This document shows positions 59,159 to 64,000 of a stretch of 64,000 bases of DNA, piece by piece (position 1 is the stretch's first letter; every line of letters begins with the position of its first letter). The stretch comes from Candidatus Cloacimonadales bacterium (GTDB taxonomy: Bacteria; Cloacimonadota; Cloacimonadia; Cloacimonadales; DAONDQ01). The stretch spans positions 3,520,001-3,584,000 of the forward strand of contig OY759316.1 of assembly GCA_963662275.1 (NCBI GenBank), read 5' to 3'. The position numbers and the translations under genes were made by a program. Under the pieces are notes generated by a model. The model ran no database searches and was not told the DNA's origin. It saw nothing but the letters and a program-made list of their open reading frames with translations.

Positions 59159-59174
59159 CGCAAGGAGTGTACCA
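59159..59174 (-). promoter_or_regulatory. Sigma54 -24/-12 promoter of the pilin genes
   Basis: TGGTAC-ACTCC-TTGCG on the minus strand, ~100 bp upstream of the first pilin ATG. Confidence 0.75.
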
Positions 59175-59609
59175 CATTTGAAAAAAAATAGAAAAAACAA
59201 GACTATCGTTTATGCATATACTGTAACGTATTGATATATTGGCAGATGAGATATAACAAAAGTTTATTGTCTTTGCTCTCTTTTTTAATTATTCGTTGTT
59301 TAAATTGATAATATGACATATATTAAAGACATTATACATGGAAAAACACTATTATATGACATTGTTGCTTTTGAATCTCTCACCCTGCAGGATTTATCTC
59401 CGAGATGACTAATGCTAAATGATGATATAAAGTTTATTCATTACGAACTGAAGATGAACAAAATAAATGATAAAATCTATGTTACCTTAACTAAATTAAC
59501 TCAGAGCAAATGATCAAAATGTTTTTGAGAATTTAATTCCAGTATTCCTAATTTGACTATCAAAATTAGGTAGTCATTTACACAGCAGTATGATACACGA
59601 CCAAAGAAA

Positions 59610-60713
59610 TCATGGAACAATCCGGCAAATGCGGAAACCAGTACAATCACCGACGTAAGTAGGGTCGTTACTGTTCCGGTATGAAACAACACACATGTCG
59701 TAAGTTGTGAACCAGCAGCCACCGCGACGTATACGCCGAGCATCACTAACAGCACCATGGGGATTATTTTGTGCACCGCTTGCATAAGTACCATTGATGT
59801 CCCAATTCCACTCCCAGACGTTACCGCTCATATCATACAGCCCCAATTCGTTAGCTGCTAAGGTACCGACTGTGTGAGATGTGCCACAGTTGTACCAAGC
59901 GACAAGTCCGATAGTATTACTTCCACTATAAGTGTAATTGTGGGTCAAATTACCACCCATTGCTGCAAATTCCCATTCCGCTTCTGTGGGAAGACGATAA
60001 CCATTGGCTGTCCAAGAGCAGGATATATTGACGTGATTATTATCATTTACATTCCAACCCGCTGGCCAAGTGTCTGGATTAGTGCCATAAGTGCTGTAAG
60101 TGTAGCAAGGTGTCAGACCTTCACTAATGCTGCGTCTATTGCAATATTCGATAGCATAATACCAAGACACATAATTAACTGGGTAATTCGCACCAACTCC
60201 GTAACCATGAGAAGGATTCGATCCCATTACTAACGAATCCGCAGACTGTGTAATTTCAAATTTATCAATGTAAAACGACGATACAGTAACATCTGAAGTG
60301 CCATTGTTAAGTGTTCCACGTTCTACGAATACAAAATTATCTGGAATTTCTATTGATACAGTCATTATTCTGTAAAAATGATAAAATCCTTGTATATAAC
60401 TTGTCCAATTAATGGTTCCTTCTGTCTTTGTGAAACTACCCTCTGAGGAAACATTTGTGAAAGATACTGAGCTTATGGAATCGGAACCTTCCACTATATA
60501 ACTTCCAGCATAAGGGACTTCAGTCCAGGAAATAATTAGAGAATCACCAGTTACTTGAATTGAAACATCATCAGGTGGATTTACATCAAAGCTATCCCTT
60601 TCACTAAAATATGCTAATTGTGTGTGAGTACTGCTTTGAGCATAATCAGGGCTGGTACCACATAATCCAATAATTACAAAACAAAATAGTGAAACTAGTA
60701 TTGTTGTTTTCAT
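59610..60713 (-). CDS. Secreted protein with an Fn3-like module and an FGE-sulfatase (CLec-fold) domain
   Basis: GGAGG RBS, signal peptide, GYRLPTEAEWEFAA, NELGLYDMSGNVWEW, RGG.W, GFRICR. Confidence 0.9.
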   Translation of the reverse strand: MKTTILVSLFCFVIIGLCGTSPDYAQSSTHTQLAYFSERDSFDVNPPDDVSIQVTGDSLIISWTEVPYAGSYIVEGSDSISSVSFTNVSSEGSFTKTEGTINWTSYIQGFYHFYRIMTVSIEIPDNFVFVERGTLNNGTSDVTVSSFYIDKFEITQSADSLVMGSNPSHGYGVGANYPVNYVSWYYAIEYCNRRSISEGLTPCYTYSTYGTNPDTWPAGWNVNDNNHVNISCSWTANGYRLPTEAEWEFAAMGGNLTHNYTYSGSNTIGLVAWYNCGTSHTVGTLAANELGLYDMSGNVWEWNWDINGTYASGAQNNPHGAVSDARRIRRGGCWFTTYDMCVVSYRNSNDPTYVGDCTGFRICRIVP

Positions 60714-60988
60714 AATATACCTCCGTATATAATTTAGAGTATTTTCATGAAAAGCAAAATAACTTTTAATAATTGGAATTGAAGAAATATAGTGAACAAT
60801 ATTTCTAATTCACTTCAATTGCTGTAAAGAATGGGTAGAAGTTGATAGACAGTAGCTTATAGTATGAAGAAACATTGAGAGTACAGCGCTCCCATATTTT
60901 GAGCATAAGAGGGGGGATATTTTTACTCACATTTGAAAAGGATGCTTGATCAATCCCCCCTTGGGAAGGGGGGTAGGGGGGTCTTTTT

Positions 60989-61390
60989 TCAGAACAGTGT
61001 CTCCAATCCCAGACTCTTTTCCCGTGCAATTAACTTTTCTTGTAAATCTTCGAAAATACCACCTATGTTCTCCAAAACATCATGATGTGCATATCTAATC
61101 ACTATTATCCCGAATTCTCTAAGCAACTCGCTACGTTTTCTGTCATAACTCTCTTTCTCTCCGTGACTATCACCATCAATTTCGATAGCAACCTTGAGTT
61201 TAGAGCAGTAAAAATCTACTATAAATGATGAAATTGGCTTTTGTTTTGTCCATTTATATCGGATTAGCTCCCTGTTAGATAAAATATTCGTCCACATTTT
61301 AATTTCATCTGGATTACCCGCTTTACGGTTTTCTCTTGCATATTGTTTCAAGATAGGATCATAAGGAAATATTCTATCTTTATTATGCAT
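60989..61390 (-). CDS. DUF559 (Vsr-like PD-(D/E)xK) endonuclease, copy 1
   Basis: L..YARE.R, E..MW, Q.PI..FIVDFYC..LK.AIEIDG.SH, D..R...L...G..VIR motifs. Confidence 0.92.
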   Translation of the reverse strand: MHNKDRIFPYDPILKQYARENRKAGNPDEIKMWTNILSNRELIRYKWTKQKPISSFIVDFYCSKLKVAIEIDGDSHGEKESYDRKRSELLREFGIIVIRYAHHDVLENIGGIFEDLQEKLIAREKSLGLETLF

Positions 61391-61447
61391 TTACCCTCCA
61401 ATATTAGGTGCAAAGTATCTTTTCGACCCCCCTACCCCCCTTCTCAA

Positions 61448-61686
61448 GGGGGGATATTTTGCCGAAAAGGATGTTTGATCAATCCCCGCTTGAGAAGGGG
61501 GGATATTTTGCCGAAAAGGATGTTTGATCAATCCCCGCTTGAGAAGGGGGGGATATTTTGCCGAAAAGGATATTTATCAATCCCCGCTTGAGAAGGGGGG
61601 ATATTTTGCCGAAAAGGATGTTTGATCAATCCCCGCTTGAGAAGGGGGGATATTTTGCCGAAAAGGATGTTTGATCAATCCCCGCT
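61448..61686. repeat. ~49-bp tandem repeat x5 inside spacer 1
   Basis: Unit GGGGGGATATTTTGCCGAAAAGGATGTTTGATCAATCCCCGCTTGAGAA. Confidence 0.9.
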
Positions 61687-61761
61687 GTTAGCGTGATATA
61701 GAATGTACCACCTTGGGAATGATCAATCCCCCCTTGGGAAGGGGGGTAGGGGGGTCTTCTT

Positions 61762-62163
61762 TCAGAACTGTGTCTCCAATCCCAGACTCTTTTCCCGTTC
61801 AATTAACTTTTCTTGTAAATCTTCGAAAATACCACCTATATTCTCCAAAACATCATGATGTGCATATCTAATCACTATTATCCCGAATTCTCTAAGCAAC
61901 TCGCTACGTTTTCTGTCATAACTCTCTTTCTCTCCGTGGCTATCTCCATCAATTTCGATAGCAACCTTGAGTTTAGAGCAGTAAAAATCTACTATAAATG
62001 ATGAAATTGGCTTTTGTTTTGTCCATTTATATCGGATTAGCTCCCTGTTAGATAAAATATTCGTCCACATTTTAATTTCAGCCGGATTACCCGCTTTACG
62101 GTTTTCTCTTGCATATTGTTTCAAGATAGGATCATAAGGAAATATTCTTTCTTTATTATGCAT
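61762..62163 (-). CDS. DUF559 endonuclease, copy 2
   Basis: 133 aa; differs from copy 1 at D5E, D28A, LIER and ETQF. Confidence 0.92.
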   Translation of the reverse strand: MHNKERIFPYDPILKQYARENRKAGNPAEIKMWTNILSNRELIRYKWTKQKPISSFIVDFYCSKLKVAIEIDGDSHGEKESYDRKRSELLREFGIIVIRYAHHDVLENIGGIFEDLQEKLIEREKSLGLETQF

Positions 62164-62356
62164 TTACCCTCCAATATTAGGTTGCAATGTATCTTTTCGA
62201 CCCCCCTACCCCCCTTCTCAAGGGGGGATATTTTTTGCTCCCACCTGGGAAGGATGTTTAATCAATCCCCCCTTGAGAAGAAGGATATTTTTTACTCCCA
62301 CCTGATACGATGTTTAATCAATCCCCCCTTGGGAAGGGGGGTAGGGGGGTCTTTTT

Positions 62357-62758
62357 TCAGAACAGTGTCTCCAATCCCAGACTCTTTTCCCGTGCAATTA
62401 ACTTTTCTTGTAAATCTTCGAAAATACCACCTATGTTCTCCAAAACATCATGATGTGCATATCTAATCACTATTATCCCGAATTCTCTAAGCAACTCGCT
62501 ACGTTTTCTGTCATAACTCTCTTTCTCTCCGTGACTATCACCATCAATTTCGATAGCAATCTTGAGTTTAGAGCAGTAAAAATCTACTATAAATGATGAA
62601 ATTGGTTTTTGTTTTGTCCATTTATATCGGATTAGCTCCCTGTTAGATAAAATATTCGTCCACATTTTGATTTCAGCCGGATTACCCGCTTTACGGTTTT
62701 CTCTTGCATATTGTTTCAAGATAGGATCATAAGGAAATATTCTTTCTTTATTATGCAT
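62357..62758 (-). CDS. DUF559 endonuclease, copy 3
   Basis: 133 aa; E5 and KLKIAI variant. Confidence 0.92.
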   Translation of the reverse strand: MHNKERIFPYDPILKQYARENRKAGNPAEIKMWTNILSNRELIRYKWTKQKPISSFIVDFYCSKLKIAIEIDGDSHGEKESYDRKRSELLREFGIIVIRYAHHDVLENIGGIFEDLQEKLIAREKSLGLETLF

Positions 62759-62944
62759 TTACCCTCCAATATTAGGTTGCAATGTATCTTTTCGACCCCC
62801 CTACCCCCCTTCTCAAGGGGGGATATTTTTTGCTCCCACCTGGGAAGGATGTTTAATCAATCCCCCCTGTTAGCTGAAATATAGAGTGTACCACCTTGGG
62901 AATGATCAATCCCCCCTTGAGAAGGGGGGTAGGGGGGTCTTTTT

Positions 62945-63346
62945 TCAGAACAGTGTCTCCAATCCCAGACTCTTTTCCCGTGCAATTAACTTTTCTTGTA
63001 AATCTTCGAAAATACCACCTATATTCTCCAAAACATCATGATGTGCATATCTAATCACTATTATCCCGAATTCTCTAAGCAACTCGCTACGTTTTCTGTC
63101 ATAACTCTCTTTCTCTCCGTGGCTATCTCCATCAATTTCGATAGCAACCTTGAGTTTAGAGCAGTAAAAATCTACTATAAATGATGAAATTGGCTTTTGT
63201 TTTGTCCATTTATATCGGATTAGCTCCCTGTTAGATAAAATATTCGTCCACATTTTAATTTCAGCCGGATTACCCGCTTTACGGTTTTCTCTTGCATATT
63301 GTTTCAAGATAGGATCATAAGGAAATATTCTATCTTTATTATGCAT
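62945..63346 (-). CDS. DUF559 endonuclease, copy 4
   Basis: 133 aa; D5 and NPAEIK. Confidence 0.92.
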   Translation of the reverse strand: MHNKDRIFPYDPILKQYARENRKAGNPAEIKMWTNILSNRELIRYKWTKQKPISSFIVDFYCSKLKVAIEIDGDSHGEKESYDRKRSELLREFGIIVIRYAHHDVLENIGGIFEDLQEKLIAREKSLGLETLF

Positions 63347-63535
63347 TTACCCTCCAATATTAGGTGCAAAGTATCTTTTCGACCCCCCTACCCCCCTTCT
63401 CAAGGGGGGATATTTTTTGCTCCCACCTGGGAAGGATGTTTAATCAATCCCCCCTTGAGAAGAAGGATATTTTTTACTCCCACCTGATACGATGTTTAAT
63501 CAATCCCCCCTTGAGAAGGGGGGTAGGGGGGTCTT

Positions 63536-63666
63536 TCAGAACTGTGTCTCCAATCCCAGACTCTTTTCCCGTGCAATTAACTTTTCTTGTAAATCTTCAA
63601 AAATACCACCTATGTTCTCCAAAACATCATGATGTGCATATCTAATCACTATTATCCCGAATTCTC
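63536..63666 (-). pseudogene. DUF559 copy 5, 3' fragment cut by an IS21-family element
   Basis: Matches the other copies up to ...CGAATTCTC(T), then switches to IS end sequence. Confidence 0.9.
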
Positions 63667-64000
63667 TGGATATTTCGGAGTGAGAGAGCATAGTGTACGC
63701 TCCAACAGAGCCACGTCTTCGGAAAAATAGAGCCACCTAATTCGGAGATGAGAGCCACTCTTCTATTTTCAATAATTAATACAGGTAATATACAAAAAAA
63801 TAAGCTATAACTAATCTTTTTGCGACGGCTGCCGTGAAGTGAGGCCGTAGGCCGAGCGAAGCGGCAGCCGTCGCCGGGAAAGTTGTAGTACCATCCCAAG
63901 TATTAACTATCGTTATTCTTTCTTAATGCCATTGCGTTCTCTCATTGACACTTTACCATCGATAAAAATAGGATAGGAATCGTGTATAATCCGGTCAAGG
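63667..64000 (-). mobile_element. IS21-family element, right end
   Basis: TG-start TGGATATTTCGG; GAGC(C)A repeats every 22 bp (63686, 63708, 63730, 63752); istB 3' end. Confidence 0.85.
63913..64000 (-). CDS. istB: IstB ATPase, C-terminal end (partial)
   Basis: Manual translation LDRIIHDSYPIFIDGKVSMRERNGIKKE*, matching the IstB LDR..H...I...G.SMR motif. Confidence 0.85.
   Translation of the reverse strand, partial: LDRIIHDSYPIFIDGKVSMRERNGIKKE

Larger units (their letters stand above)
60909..63666 (-). mobile_element. Tandem array of DUF559 genes alternating with palindromic G/C-run REPIN-like elements
   Basis: Four intact genes and one truncated; spacers at 61425-61756, 62199-62351, 62794-62939 and 63381-63533; half element at 60909-60983. 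Confidence 0.8.

Noticed and set aside
60955..60983. G-quadruplex-driven pilin antigenic variation as at Neisseria pilE
   Set aside because: The G-runs belong to a dispersed repeat ~1.9 kb from the pilins, and all three pilins are full length with RBSs, not silent cassettes.
61448..61686. CRISPR array
   Set aside because: The units are near-identical with no unique spacers, and no cas genes are present.
60989..63533. Integron cassette array with attC sites
   Set aside because: The spacers lack RYYYAAC/GTTRRRY cores, no integrase is present, and the cargo genes are near-identical.
61343..63899. Short ORFs overlapping the array and the IS end
   Set aside because: Translations of repeats or antisense DUF559; 63536-63736 is a chimera of the IS end and the gene fragment.

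Overview
AT-rich bacterial window, probably FCB group and most like Cloacimonadota (inferred from several secreted proteins ending in FlgD-Ig/T9SS-like C-terminal domains). It holds housekeeping genes (ruvX, mltG, hemW, lepB, prfA, rpmE, glyA, rpiB, ptb), large secreted multidomain proteins and three FGE-sulfatase/CLec-fold proteins. A minus-strand type IV pilus locus has a sigma54-type promoter, three tandem near-leaderless pilins, pilC, pilB, minor pilins, pilT, PilM-N-TPR and PilO-P fusions, and a secretin fused to a beta-barrel, followed by a 15-repeat lipoprotein adhesin. There are three IS elements: a partial IS1182, a complete Mutator/IS256-like element with an 8-bp TSD, and an IS21 end. 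The most unusual part is 60.9-63.7 kb, a tandem array of four intact and one truncated DUF559 endonuclease genes, separated by G/C-run palindromic REPIN-like elements. A gene-less copy of the same element, with perfect 37-bp terminal inverted repeats, lies at 31379-31550, suggesting a nuclease-driven repeat/MITE system. No rRNA, tRNA, CRISPR array or reverse transcriptase was recognised. All family assignments come from motif recognition by eye, not database searches.
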